Shown: piece by piece, positions 1 through 12,400 of the stretch
Layout of the letters: every line of letters begins with the position of its first letter
Numbering within the stretch: position 1 is the first letter of the stretch
From: Octopus sinensis
Lineage: Eukaryota
NCBI RefSeq assembly: GCF_006345805.1
Contig: NW_021833412.1
Span: 1 to 25,016, forward strand
Direction of reading: 5' to 3'
Length of the DNA: 25,016 nt
Program-made: the position numbers and the translations under genes
The notes under the pieces: generated by a model
What the model saw: the letters and a program-made list of their open reading frames with translations, nothing else
Databases searched by the model: none
Told to the model about the DNA's origin: nothing

Positions 1-174
1 GGCAGTCTTCTTCTAGTTCCAACTGACAGTCAAACAACGGCTAGTCTAGTTTGACGACTACTTTTGTGGTGCACTCAACCGAGACAGGTCTAATTCTTTG
101 AGGTAGTTACATCTTGGTTTATAAATTGACTGAAATAATGATATCGGTTTATATTAGTGGTAAATTATTAATAT

Positions 175-1480
<1,306 letters not shown>

Positions 1481-1845
1481 TGACTCGTTGTTACAATTAT
1501 TAATAATTATAGGCCGTCATCAACGCAAAAATAATGTGTCGATATCTAATTAGAGTGCACTGATGTTGCTTCAAACGTTAGATTATCGATTTCGATTCTT
1601 CACACAATCTACTATTTTCTCCAAATAATAAACCAAAACTCTGCAGAAGAGGAAAATTTGACAAATATGCAAATTTAAGTATTCAAATTAATGAATATTT
1701 CATTGAATAATTCGAATTTTTTCACATTTCTATTAAATATTCATAAAAGTCAGAAACTTTTGGTTCATTTTAATATAAATATTCTTGAAATCTAAAATCT
1801 TGGATTTACCTTGAATTGAAGCTAGCAGAATCAAAATCTCTATTT

Positions 1846-2210
1846 ACGGATACTCAATGGAGACATTTCCTTGATTTTTCGGGATCCCGCCTTTCGGGGC
1901 TAATTTAATTGCCTAAACAAATTTCCTTCCAGTGGAGAACGTCTTCAGACGTTGGTATCAAAGATCGCTTTTTGAAGGTCATCCCCGAATCAATACCACA
2001 CCACTCGGTGTTGATGTCAAAGATGTCTGTAAAGCAGGTGCACAAGGAGTTCAACAAAAGGTCCTAAGGTATCCAGTAGGAATCCTTTTAATTTTTAAAC
2101 TGGATGTTCGTAATGCTTTTAGCAGCATTCGGCGTGATCATCTCCTCAAATGTATCTATATTCACTGCCTGGATTTATTTCTACTTCTATGTTTACCCTA
2201 TGCGCCTATC
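1846..2210 (+). mobile_element. Decayed reverse transcriptase fragment of a CRE-like (RLE-type) non-LTR retrotransposon
   Basis: Frame from 1893 reads FGANLIA*TNFLPVENVFRRW...LGVDVKDVCKAG...KLDVRNAFSSIRRDHLL..HCLDLF. This matches CRE-type RT motifs GANLIAL.K/RPIAVG.TFRR, QLGVGV.GGCEA and KLDF.NAFNSIRRD. It has an in-frame stop and no YxDD region. Confidence 0.75.
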
Positions 2211-2669
2211 CAAATTAGAGTCGCATGTTGCTTCCTTTCTCTTGAACAATTTTTGTTTAACGCACATCTACTTTTTTCTTCGGTCTCCTGCTGTCAGTCT
2301 GAAAAATTCCTTTCGACTTTTTAACTTCCATGTCCCGCTCGTTGACAATGATTTTAAACACGCTTATTGATTTTGAACACGTTTAAAGGGGGAAGCTCCT
2401 AATCCGGGACAGGGGCATTGGTCTTTGCTGTTGTGTTAATTTTACTCTGCCTTGCTAACTCTCATCCGTGTTAATAATATGGGCATTCATCTTTTTTACT
2501 GCGATCTAGTTTATCAAACTTACTATTTCTAGACAGATTATTACTTATTTGACTCTAAAACTTTCAAGATTTCTACAAATTTAAATTCAAATAATTATAA
2601 AAATAATTTGTTTTATGCATTCAGTTGTATTCAATTCAGTTAAATATATAAAGTTGCCAAGTAACGTTT

Positions 2670-3722
2670 ATGAAACAGCTCTTCATTTTAATTATATTTT
2701 TTGAAAGTTGTAAATTTAATTGTATTTCAGGCTATAGGTCGTGCTTCTGCGATTGGACATTAAATTACTGTGATCATCAGTGTTGCTGTGACAGAGATTG
2801 CTCATCCGATTTGATTAACCAATACGAAAATATGGGGAAATGTTTACTTAACATGTAAAATTAATATTAACACTCCTAGAACAAGTTCATTATATTGCTT
2901 TGACAATTCTTTCATATCGTTTTATGAAGGTTTTGTGCATCAGAATAAAGGTGTATATTGCAAAGCAACACGTATTTATTATCACAAAATGTAACACAGA
3001 AAAGCCAATTGTAGACGTTTCAACTGCCTCTTGTTCCCCAACGAGCAATAATATTGCTATTCTTGAGGCATATAATTCATTAAAAAAATATTCGGAGTTC
3101 TCTCCCAAGCTTTTAAATGTAAAATAGTTTGTAATATTTCATAGGTTTACCCAAAACACTCAAATTCATACTTTTTGAATGAAAATATATCAATCATGTT
3201 TATATTATCTGCATCTATAGCTTGCGTAGAAACCAAGTTAATAACAAAACGGAATTATGCTGCAACATCAACAACATCGTAAGATTCGGGCAAAACATAA
3301 CTTATAAGTATTCTATCATAAAGCAAACCAGTAGTTGCCCGAATATAACTCCATCTTGTTTTGAGCATTGGGCTGTACTTGAAAGTCCTGGTGCAAGTTC
3401 AAGAGTTGTCACCACAAAGACATGTTCCCCGTCAGTGAGTCGTGATTTTTTATCTTTAGTGCAAGACTAGCAATAATTTAGTAATCTATATTCAAATACT
3501 TCATACATTGTCGACTCTTCAATTTGACTTTGGAGCCATTATTAGACATGTTCACGTATTTATAGACAATAACACTACTGTATGAGTTAACATAATGTAT
3601 AGAATACTCAAAAGAAAATTAATATACAATTTACGATATTAGTTCAGATCAATTATTAAGACTTAAACAAATAGAAACTAAATCATTATTGTGACTTATT
3701 TTACATTCATTGTTTTTTGTAA
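2670..3722 (+). CDS. TCTN: Tectonic-family (ciliary transition zone) protein, short, ~281 aa predicted, 9 exons
   Basis: Hydrophobic N-terminus, then CFCDWTLNYCDHQCCCDRDCS (Tectonic motif CxCDxxxxxCDxxCCCDxDC). GT-AG introns 2707-2730, 2855-2879, 2972-2999, 3119-3144, 3198-3220, 3435-3459, 3580-3602, 3642-3674 keep one frame (846 nt). The last two exons are least certain. Confidence 0.75.
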
Positions 3723-3841
3723 TTTTGGATTTACTTTTGATTTTACAAATTAATATGCTGCATAGAATAAAATCAACAAACAGTACTTTGTTAAATTAAC
3801 AAACTTATTATTTGTCATAGTGCTCAAGATTAACTTTTTTA

Positions 3842-4172
3842 TTAATCCGGGTGGCACCTAGACCAAATTACATAGGTCTTGTTCATCCTAGGATTCGCTC
3901 ACTCAATGGACCACGTTACTCAGCCCACCTCAAAGCGAGGCAAATGCAATCCTCTTTATTGTTTGCTAACATAAGTATCCTTAAAGTCATTTCACTGTAA
4001 TCACTCAGTTCAAGTTTAATGGATTCTAAATTAGCTTTACTTTTAAATGTTACTCTCAGATTAATAATTTTATATGGAACCAAAATTGGCAAGCCGTCCT
4101 TAGTAAATCAGGCTTTTTAAGCACCTTGATTTGTCGAAATAATTTAACAATATTTAAACGAAATTGAAAAGT
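3842..4172 (-). other. Possible exon series or gene remnant of unknown product, no 5' end found
   Basis: Open frame ...LFRQIKDGLPILVPYKIINLRVTFK...CICLALRWAE with plausible 26- and 32-bp GT-AG introns. It starts at an acceptor (TAG at 4175-4173) with no nearby donor or ATG. Confidence 0.3.
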
Positions 4173-4248
4173 CTAGATAAAATTAGTTTTTAATTAGTGT
4201 GTCTGCTTTCAGTCGATTCTCCTTCTCATCGAGCCCGTGCCAATGTCT

Positions 4249-5040
4249 TCAACGGGCACACTTATCCATTTTACATGACAGGCTACTTTTTGGTTGTTCC
4301 GATTCTATGGTCTCACTTGGGGAATCTTCCTCCATCGTTGCCTTTGCAAACCGGGTCATTTGACGATCTTCGGGAGGGTACATTCCAAACTTATAATCTG
4401 TACGCATGCTCTCCAATGTTTTCCCGACGACTAGATGTAAGCTCTTGTAGGTCCTTCGAGGTATAATTTACTCACAGCACTGTCCCACGTTAGTACCAGT
4501 GGTACTATAGTTACCTTTGCGTTGTGGATTCTCCCTGTTCACTGGCAAGCAAATCGTACTTATGGACTTTTTCCACCTCAACTTGCTTTATGTTTTTTTG
4601 GGAGGTGATTCTAATCTCAATAAGCGTGATTGTGTTCCTCATTTTGTCAAAGATATCCGGCTTGTTATTCTCGACACTCAGATCCGTACTTATTGTGTGT
4701 CAATACGAATCTCCACAGAGTTATTCGCAATCACTGACTGAACAGAATGAGTTTTCAACCTCCTGGGTTTCTTGATTCCATACATCGTGCATAAATGCAG
4801 ATGTATACACTTCACTACTTCGTTTTGTTTTTTGAGTAGTCACTATTTAGCATTCGACTACACCTCGTCGCTAAGTGACCAACTGTCTAACTAATGAGAG
4901 GTTTCACCAATATCAGCGTCGGGATCATTTAAACACTCAAAGAGATTTGCATGCAATGGTTTTTTCCTTATTTGCTCAATCAAGCGGTTCTTCTACACTT
5001 CCCACAGCATGTTCAAATCAAGGTACTCAGTTTCTTGGAT
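4249..5040 (-). mobile_element. Decayed 3' part (zinc knuckle remnant + restriction-like endonuclease) of an R4/Dong-like non-LTR retrotransposon
   Basis: Across frameshifts and stops: KKPLHANLFECLNDPD; TVGHLATRCSRMLNSDYSKKQNEVVKCIHLHLC; HSVQSVIANNSVEIRIDT; NKPDIFDKMRNTITLIEIRITSQKNIKQVEVEKVHKYDLLASE; KVTIVPLVLTWDS; AYI..KTLES. These are the RHN, PD..D/E and EK..KY motifs of RLE domains. Confidence 0.85.
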
Positions 5041-5059
5041 TCTGTATTTGCGCTTGAAA

Positions 5060-5645
5060 TATTCTGCGATTGTGGCCAAGTTAGTTTTCTTTGCCTGAAT
5101 GATTTGCAGAATCCAATCTTTCTATCTTTTAGGACTTTTCTTTTAAGAGAATCTGTGTCGGTCGAGTTTAACGATTTAAATAGGATGCTGAGTTTTTTTT
5201 GTTTTTTTGCCAATTTGTTTATTTCTTTGTCAAAAGTTCTCATAAATCTCCTCGGACGATTTCCAAGTACCATCTGAGTAGCCTTTTTAACTCTGATCAA
5301 AATATACTTCCATAGCAGTCCAGCAAACACATTTGAGTTAATATTGTCCAATAGTTTTCAGTATTTTCTCTTCATATTTTATATGGGTATAGTCTGAAAA
5401 ACATAGGATCTCCACGGCCAAGTTCCTGCCTTGTGTAGTAGTTGCAAGTACTCCGCAAAATCCAAAACGTTGCTTTAGAACGAGACGTGCCATCAGTAGT
5501 CGGTGATCACTGGATCATGGCACTGTATGTACAGGAGTGCGTGAGTATATCCTTCCGTGTTTGTCTGCACAGTATGTAATCGGTTTGGTTGATACAATAT
5601 TTATCTTTCATACTGGAACATTCAAGCAATTCTCTTCCAGCATAA
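5060..5645 (-). mobile_element. Decayed APE endonuclease C-terminus and linker of an RTE/L2-type non-LTR retrotransposon
   Basis: GRELLEC, NQTDYILCRQ (~5590-5561, APE 'IDYIL'), SDHRLLMARLVLK (from 5511, APE 'SDH'), then the linker LWKYILIRVKKATQMVLGNRPRR..FDKEINKL. Contains stops and frameshifts. Confidence 0.7.
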
Positions 5646-6569
5646 GTGATTCTTTTTTCTCTTTTATAATTGAAGAATTAAAAAAAAATATCAACAAATA
5701 TTTGGAATAAACGTATATTTGTTCAAAAAACATAAATTACAAAGTTTTTTAAATAATCAATTCTTATAAATTTTTAAAAACGATTCCTTAAAAAAACATT
5801 TTATTATAAGTCATTAGTTAAGTAGAAATCAGTTTTAATCCATTACTAAATATATGAAAAAGTGATAGGTTTAATAATGCAAAGACAAGAGTCGACCATG
5901 ATTGTCTGCACAATCAGAGCGGCTATTTTTTTTACTGGCAAGCTTAATTCAAAAGTCTTGAGCTAAAATATTTATAGAAAAAAAGTCAATGATTTATTTT
6001 TATTCGTTTTGATAACATATCTGATAGTTCTAAAAACTCTATTTGTGAATAAATGATCTTAAACAAACATAAACTATGCAACACCTCTGCGTTTTAATTA
6101 AAAACTGACAGAAGATAAAAAAACAATTTATTTATAATTAGAACATATTTTTGTAACATGATTTTTACTTGCAAATCAGAAACCAATTAATATCATAATG
6201 CCATTTACATCTGCTTCGATACTTGTCTAATTCAAGAATCTATTGAGAAATTAGTACTTGACAAAATGCAATGTATTAACAAAACTAGTTATCTCAGAAT
6301 GTTAAATTTTCTAACCTGCACATGATCAATTATTGAACAATTATTTATATTATTTGAAGAAATGCTAAAAGAAGGGATCATTAATGATTTGGATTGATGA
6401 GTAACATACCACTGACATAGTAAAAACAAAGTCATTGAAGAAGTCGTTACTAATAATTGCTACGAGACATTCTTTCAATAATTTGCTTTGATCTTTGTAA
6501 AGAATAATTTAATGACTGATTGCGCGAATCTAGATTATAAATTCTAGATTAGCGATAGGGAATTTTCAA

Positions 6570-7175
6570 ATGTTTAATTTTGGATATGACTTTGACAGTC
6601 TGTTTATAGACCTGCACATCCAACATTTCAACAACTTGATGTATTATTATTACTATCAGTGGATCGACAATATCAACAAAAATTTCAATCAAAAAAAGAA
6701 GGGATTTTTAATCAAAGACATTTTACCTGAACAAGATGTAAAACCGTCGAGGAATTCTATACGGATGTCAAAAAAGAAAGGCTTGAAAAATAAAGAATTA
6801 CAAAAGAAAGAATCTAAAAGCAGCACATTATTGCTATGCAGTTACTGTGGGAGAGGATATGGTTTTAAAAGTGCATTAAAGATGCATGTACAAACGCACC
6901 TTCTGCTCTGTGAATGTAAGGTGTGCGGAAAGCACTTTTCGAGGGCCTGGCTGCTGCAAGGTCACATGCGAACTCACACTGGAGAAAAACCATACAAGTG
7001 TTCTATTTGTAATCGAGCATTCGCGGATAAATCAAATCTCAGAGCTCACGCTCAAATTCATTATCGGACCAAGAAAAACATCTGTAATGTATGTGGAGAC
7101 ACTTTCTCGAGACTTTCGCAGCTGAAAAAGCACTCTCGAGTGTGCTTCCAAAATATTAATGTCCCGGAAAATTAA
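6570..7175 (+). CDS. snail: Snail-family C2H2 zinc-finger transcription factor (4 fingers), intronless
   Basis: [68 protein letters not shown] is diagnostic of Snail/Slug (FSRPWLLQGH, FADRSNLRAH). Start codon is less certain. Confidence 0.93.
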   Translation: MFNFGYDFDSLFIDLHIQHFNNLMYYYYYQWIDNINKNFNQKKKGFLIKDILPEQDVKPSRNSIRMSKKKGLKNKELQKKESKSSTLLLCSYCGRGYGFKSALKMHVQTHLLLCECKVCGKHFSRAWLLQGHMRTHTGEKPYKCSICNRAFADKSNLRAHAQIHYRTKKNICNVCGDTFSRLSQLKKHSRVCFQNINVPEN

Positions 7176-7833
7176 TATTATTAATTTATCTGAAAGTAAT
7201 AAATATTTAATTTTTTCGTGAATAATTGATTGACTTGCTTTGTAAAAATGAATTAATAGCCCAAGAATCAAGACAAATTATGTTTTTTAATTGCCCGCAG
7301 GTAATAACATTGTTTTTGATGTGTCGTTAATCTGTAAAACATAATGTCGATCAATAATACATAAAAAGACGGTACAGTTACATTAAATTATTTTTTAGCC
7401 TGTTAATTATTTTAATTGCTCATAAAGTCTGTGATTTGAATTACAATATTTCTATCAATTTTGATTATTTTATAGGATTATAGTGTTTAGACGAGTTTTA
7501 ATTTGCTACAATCCAATAAAATTAATAATCACTGCATGTGATTTGTAATACAAATATTAACGGGATAATCTACAAAGTAAACATAAACCATTATTATTTA
7601 CACTAATTGATCAGGTAGATAATTCACTTATAAAATAATGGTGTGAAAATGTTTTAATACAATTAATCAATAAGGCTAAATTAATACAAAAAAAGGAGAC
7701 ACAATTAATATCAACACAACAGAAAGCATCTCTCACTACTATTTCTGTTCGGTTTTAGACGAATTGCCTTTGAAGACAGTCGGAAGAGCGAAATTTTTAA
7801 AAAAATTGCTATGGAAAAAGACCACTAAATAGA

Positions 7834-9160
7834 CTAGAACGGAGTCAAATAAGTAGGCTATAAAAATATAGAAAAAGCACCAAGTGCACCTCTCCACAAG
7901 ATAATAAAGAAATACTAAGGAAACCAAATAAAAATCAACGATATATACACCGATTTTTAAATACATTGGCAGAAACATCCCGCTTGGAAGCAGCAAAAAC
8001 CGAAGGAGACACAACAAGATAGTCTTTGTATTTATTACTTCTTAGTCGTAGTCGACGTTGTTCGAACTCTTCGTGGTCACTGCAAGATTTATCATCTGCT
8101 CGACGCGAGCGTTTACACAGCGGAGACATTATGGAGTTGAGTAACTTTCTTGATCTCGTCTTGAGACCTTTTTTCTGCCTATTCTTTAGCCTTTCTCCTA
8201 TAGTATCGCCAGGAATTTCCTCTCGTGGATCAACATGTGGAAAAGTAGTTATTTGGGTATTAGTGGCCTGGTCGCTAAAAATAATGGAATATTGCTCCCT
8301 CAATGCATCATGAGAAAAACACACGACCTTCTACATGTAAATCACAACCAACCTCCTCAATTGAGGGAACAACAGTGCTGGACAACGAATGAGCACACGT
8401 CGGGGCCTCTGCAACTCTTAAAAGAGCACTACCTTCCAATATCCGATCCAATGACCTGTCAGAAGAAAGTCTGGTTTGGTTAGGGGATGAACAAACTACT
8501 AACATAAAAAGAGCGATTTCCATTGTATTGAATGTACCACTCGATCGAGCAATCCGTTCAATTTCAGACTCAACTGCCTCTACTTTGAGAAGGAGGAGAG
8601 AATTGCTTTCCAAAACAGCCGAGTGGGAACGAAACAGAGAATGCATACGATTCTCCAAAAGAGTATGGCGCGAACTCAGTGGGAAGGCACAATTGCCGAC
8701 ACTACATTGAGGAGATAACGACGAAAAATGGGCATTCTTGTAAGGAGGCTGAGGCGACTTAAAATTAGTCGCATTTAGTTGAGTCCCCACTAAACCAGGA
8801 TCTATTTCACTCAGATGTGACTGTTGATGAGTCACGGACTGCCCAATCAGCTGTGTATATTCTTTGAACACATTCCTGGAGTAACAAAACACAATTAACA
8901 TGAGTTCATTGAATTGTCCGACAACGTCAGCCATGAGATTCCGACCGTGCATATTTAATCCTTCGCCTTCTCCATTAGCGACATTACTTGACAAATAAAC
9001 TGTTAACGATAATTCGAATTATTACTCGAGGATTGGTCAGTGGCGTGGTAGGGATGTTCTCTTCTCCTGTTAGTGAAGTGACGAGGGAAATGATGTAGTT
9101 CTTTACATCATTACAAATTGAGTCAACAATTCGTCTGTTTTCCTTTGTCGGAAATGACTG
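7834..9160 (-). CDS. Unidentified multi-exon gene; boundaries approximate
   Basis: ORFs 8308-8994 and 7935-8324 join in frame through a 22-bp GT-AG intron (gttggttgtgatttacatgtag). Further tiny introns are plausible at both ends. No family recognised. Confidence 0.45.
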
Positions 9161-9199
9161 TTATTTATCCAATTTGCATAAAACTGCAATTCTTTAGAG

Positions 9200-9485
9200 T
9201 CAGCGATTTAGAGTCATTTTCAAAGGAGAAAGTTGATAGGCCATCAGGACGCTTACCATCCTCCCGAAACAGGCCGACCAGTTCAAACTGTTTCGAGGAT
9301 CCGCTTGACTATGTCGTTTAGGGCAGTATGCTGAGGGAGGCATCCGCAATTTCTCTAGCACGATAATGTGTGAAATCCAAATGAGTCAGCGGTCGATCCG
9401 CAGCGGCACCGGTGTTACCGGCATAAGTTTAGCCGAGGCGCAATGAGAAGCCGATCCTCAGGCAATCATTGTCCAATAAGGTTCC
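9200..9485 (-). mobile_element. Decayed C-terminal fragment (CCHC knuckle + start of RLE) of a CRE-like non-LTR retrotransposon
   Basis: GTLLDNDCLRIGFSLRLG / HRCRCGSTADSFGFHTLSC / PQHTALNDIVKR / LVGLFREDGKRPDGLSTF matches the CRE-type pattern GTLLD..LR...LRLG, C.CG...D..G.H.LSC, RH.ALND, EP.GL.R.DGKRPDG. Contains stops and frameshifts. Confidence 0.85.
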
Positions 9486-12400
9486 CTGAAAAAATGAGCT
9501 CGATTGATATCACACACGTGGAGAACTGACTAGGGATCTTTATAATTACGAAAATCTGGTTGAAAATTTTAAAAAGCCAGAATAGAGTAGAAAAAAGGTT
9601 TTAGACGAGCTGTAAAAAGCGCATATTATCGAGAAATATTTCAAACTGATCCCCTGAAAAAATGAGCTCGATTGATAACACACACGTGGAGAACTGAGTA
9701 GGGATCTTTATAATTACGCAAATCTTGCTGAAAATTTTAAAACGCCAGAATAGAGTAGATAAAAAAGTTTTAGACGAGCTGTAAAAAGCGCATAATATCC
9801 AGAAATATTTCAAACTAATCCCCTGAAAAAATGAGCTCGATTGATATCACACACGTGGAGAACTGAGTAGGGATCTTTATAATTACGCAAATCTGGTTAA
9901 AATTTTAAAACGCCAGAATAGAGTAGATAAAAAGGTTTTAGACGACCTGTAAAAAGCGCATATTATCCAGAAATATTTCAAACTGATCCCCTGAAAAAAA
10001 GAGCTCGATTGATATCACATACGTTGAGAACTGAGTAGGGATCTTTATAATTACGCAAATCTTGCTGAAAATTTTAAAACGCCAGAATAGAGTATATAAA
10101 AAGGTTTTAGACGACCTGTAAAAAGCGCATATTATCCAGAAATATTTCAAACTGATCCCCTGAAAAAAAGAGCTCGATTGATATCACATACGTGGAGAAC
10201 TGAGTAGGGATCTTTATAATTACGCAAATCTTGCTGAAAATTTTAAAACGGCAGAATAGAGCAGATAAAAATGTTTTAGACGAGCTGTAAAAAGCGCATA
10301 TTATCCAGAAATATTTCAAACTAATTCCCTGAAAAAATGAGCTCGATTGATATCACACACGTGAAGAACTGAGTAGGGATCTTTATAATTACGCAAATCT
10401 GGTTGAAAATTTTAAAACGCCAGAATAGAGTAGATAAAAAGGTTTTAGACGACCTGTAAAAAGCGCATATTATCCAGAAATATTTCAAACTGATCCCCTG
10501 AAAAAATGAGCTCGATTGATATCACATACGTGGAGAACTGAGTAGGGATCATTATAATTACGCAAATCTTGCTGAAAATTTTAAAACGCCAGAATAGAGT
10601 ATATAAAAAGGTTTTAGACGACCTGTAAAAAGCGCATATTATCCAGAAATATTTCAAACTGATCCCCTGAAAAAAAGAGCTCGATTGATATCACATACGT
10701 GGAGAACTGAGTAGGGATCTTTATAATTACGCAAATCTTGCTGAAAATTTTAAAACGGCAGAATAGAGCAGATAAAAATGTTTTAGACGAGCTGTAAAAA
10801 GCGCATATTATCCAGAAATATTTCAAACTAATTCCCTGAAAAAATGAGCTCGATTGATATCACACACGTGAAGAACTGAATAGGGATCTTTATAATTACG
10901 CAAATCTGGTTGAAAATTTTAACACGCCAGAATAGAGTAGATAAAAAGGTTTTAGACGACCGTAAAAAGCGCATATTATCCAGAAATATTTCAAACTGAT
11001 CCCCTGAAAAAATGAGCTCGATTGATATCACAAACGTGGAGAACTGAGTAGGGATCATTATAATTACGCAAATCTTGCTGAAAATTTTAAAACGCCAGAA
11101 TAGAGTATATAAAAAGGTTTTAGACGACCTGTAAAAAGCGCATATTATCCAGAAATATTTCAAACTGATCCCCTGAAAAAATGAGCTCGATTGATATCAC
11201 ATACGTGGAGAACTGAGTAGGGATCTTTATAATTACGCAAATCTTGCTGAAAATTTTAAAACGGCAGAATAGAGTAGATAAAAAGGTATTAGACGAGCTC
11301 TAAAAAGCGCATATATCCAGAAATATTTCAAACTAATTCCCTGAAAAAATGAGCTCGATTGATATCACACACGTGAAGAACTGAGTAGGGATCTTTATAA
11401 TTACGCAAATCTGGTTGAAAATTTTAAAACGCCAGAATAGAGTAGATAAAAAGGTTTTAGACGACCTGTAAAAAGCGCATATTATCCAGAAATATTTCAA
11501 AATGATCCCCTGAAAAAAAGAGCTCGATTGATATCACATACGTGGAGAACTGAGTAGGGATCTTTATAATTACGCAAATCTTGCTGAAAATTTTAAAACG
11601 CCAGAATAGAGTAGATAAAAAGGTTTTAGACGAGCTGTAAAAAGCGCATATTATCCAGAAATATTTCAAACTAATCGCCTGAAAAAATGAGCTCGATTGA
11701 TATCACACACGTGGAGAACTGAGTAGGGATCTTTATAATTACGCAAATCTTGCTGAAAATTTTAAAACGCCAGAATAGAGTAGATAAAAATGTTTTAGAC
11801 TAGCTGTAAAAAGCGCATATTATCCAGAAATATTTCAAACTGATCCCCTGAAAAAATGAGCTCGATTGATATCACACACTGGAGAACTGAGTAGGGATCT
11901 TTATAATTACGCAAATCTTGCTGAAAATTTTAAAACGGCAGAATAGAGCAGATAAAAATGTTTTAGACGAGCTGTAAAAAGCGCATATTATCCAGAAATA
12001 TTTCAAACTAATTCCCTGAAAAAATGAGCTCGATTGATATCACACACGTGAAGAACTGAGTAGGGATCTTTATAATTACGCTAATCTGGTTGAAAATTTT
12101 AAAACGCCAGAATAGAGTAGTTAAAAAGGTTTTAGACGAGCTGTAAAAAGCGCATATTATCCAGAAATATTTCAAACTAATCCCCTGAAAAAATGAGCTC
12201 GATTGATATCACACACGTGGAGAACTGAGTAGGGATCTTTATAATTACGCAAATCTTGCTGAAAATTTTAAAAAGCAAGAATAGAGTATATAAAAAGGTT
12301 TTAGACGAGCTGTAAAAAGCGCATATTATCCAGAAATATTTCAAACTGATCCCCTGAAAAAATGAGCTCGATTGATATCACACACGTGGAGAACTGAGTA

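Noticed and set aside
6527-6550. Hairpin AATCTAGA-TTATAAAT-TCTAGATT upstream of snail; similar short hairpin at 9089-9112
   Set aside because: 8-9 bp stems in AT-rich DNA are expected by chance; no independent support.
7739-8017. Hydrophobic 92-aa ORF as a membrane protein
   Set aside because: Better explained as T-rich introns and 3' end of the 7834-9160 gene read in another frame.
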